Of a stretch of DNA of 64,000 bases, positions 63,232-64,000 are shown piece by piece; the stretch's first letter is position 1; the number at the start of each line of letters is the position of its first letter. The stretch comes from Callorhinchus milii (taxonomy: Eukaryota): NCBI RefSeq assembly GCF_018977255.1, contig NW_024704742.1, positions 124,312,001-124,376,000 on the forward strand, written 5' to 3'. A model generated the notes under the pieces. The model did not search any database, was not told the origin of the DNA, and worked only from the letters and a program-made list of their open reading frames with translations. The translations under genes were made by a program, and so were the position numbers.

Positions 63232-64000
63232 AAAGTTTGTAAAATACGTTGTGTGTGTGTGAGTTGTGTTTACGTTCTAGGACACACCCTGCATAAGGGG
63301 CGCTATATAAGTGCAAGTTGTTGTTGTTTTTAAGGTGTTATTGTTGAGTCGACCAATGTTGATTTTCAATGTGTAAATTAAAAGAAGGCATATTGGATCT
63401 TGGAGAGGAAATATCATTTGTGGCATATTTTTAGTGCAATGAAATATAAGGAAATTCTGAATGGATAACAACAACAACTTGCATTTATACAGCGCCCTTC
63501 ATGATGGGTAGCGTCCCGGAGCGCTTCCCGGATAAAGGACTTCTGTGATGGAAAATCTCTGAAAATTAAGATTTAAAGTTATGGTTTATGCTAATGACTA
63601 ACAGGGAATCCCAATTGTTTGTTGATTCTCCAAAACCACAATGAAACCTTTATGATTTGAATACACACCCTGTTGACTGGTATTACCTTAGAACGTGGGA
63701 ATAACTATTTAATTGCTTGAGAATTGCTCAATAACATTCAATTACGAGGAGTGGCCTTAGCAACTACACGACTGGCGAGTCAATTGCTGAGTTTCTAACT
63801 GCTAAGCAGTTCAACAATAGTTTACATGCTTGGATGCCTTTGACTCTTTTGTGATATAGTTGGAATGTCAACTAACTTGACTATGGATCGAATAATACTT
63901 TGAATACTTGGTTGAGTTAATTGCATATTATATATGTAATATCTGTAATTTGAACTTTCACATTTTGAAAAGTATGCACTCAGTCAACCATTTTACAGTC

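Larger units (their letters stand above)
2212..64000 (+). other. ARL15: Large ARL15 intron, continuing beyond the window
   Basis: GT donor at 2212. I did not find the expected terminal exon (starting roughly IKKYFELEPL) downstream. The sequence is AT-rich and repeat-dense. Confidence 0.75.

Overview
Vertebrate genomic DNA, most likely a cartilaginous fish (inferred from the CR1, L2 and Deu-type SINE content). The only host coding sequence I can support is one 209-nt internal exon of the small GTPase gene ARL15 (2003-2211, + strand, AG/GT boundaries). I found no further ARL15 exon, so the remaining ~62 kb appears to be one very long intron. It contains two young L2 LINE copies and many L2 fragments, CR1 3' fragments, about 20 tRNA-headed SINEs that share the L2 3' stem-loop, a dead full-length pogo/Tigger DNA transposon, relics resembling ancient SINEs, several strong hairpins, and repeat-free blocks that may be conserved enhancers. 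I see no demonstrably new gene system. The most interesting leads are: SINE tails that appear to track the young L2 tail; inverted SINEs flanking the ARL15 exon (circRNA-type layout); two pre-miRNA-sized hairpins; an unclassified short repeat with four copies; a two-copy GC-rich element with conserved pairing; and a 121-bp-arm inverted repeat containing mariner-like ends. Repeat boundaries are read by eye and approximate. Family names come from recall of consensus sequences and need a database check.
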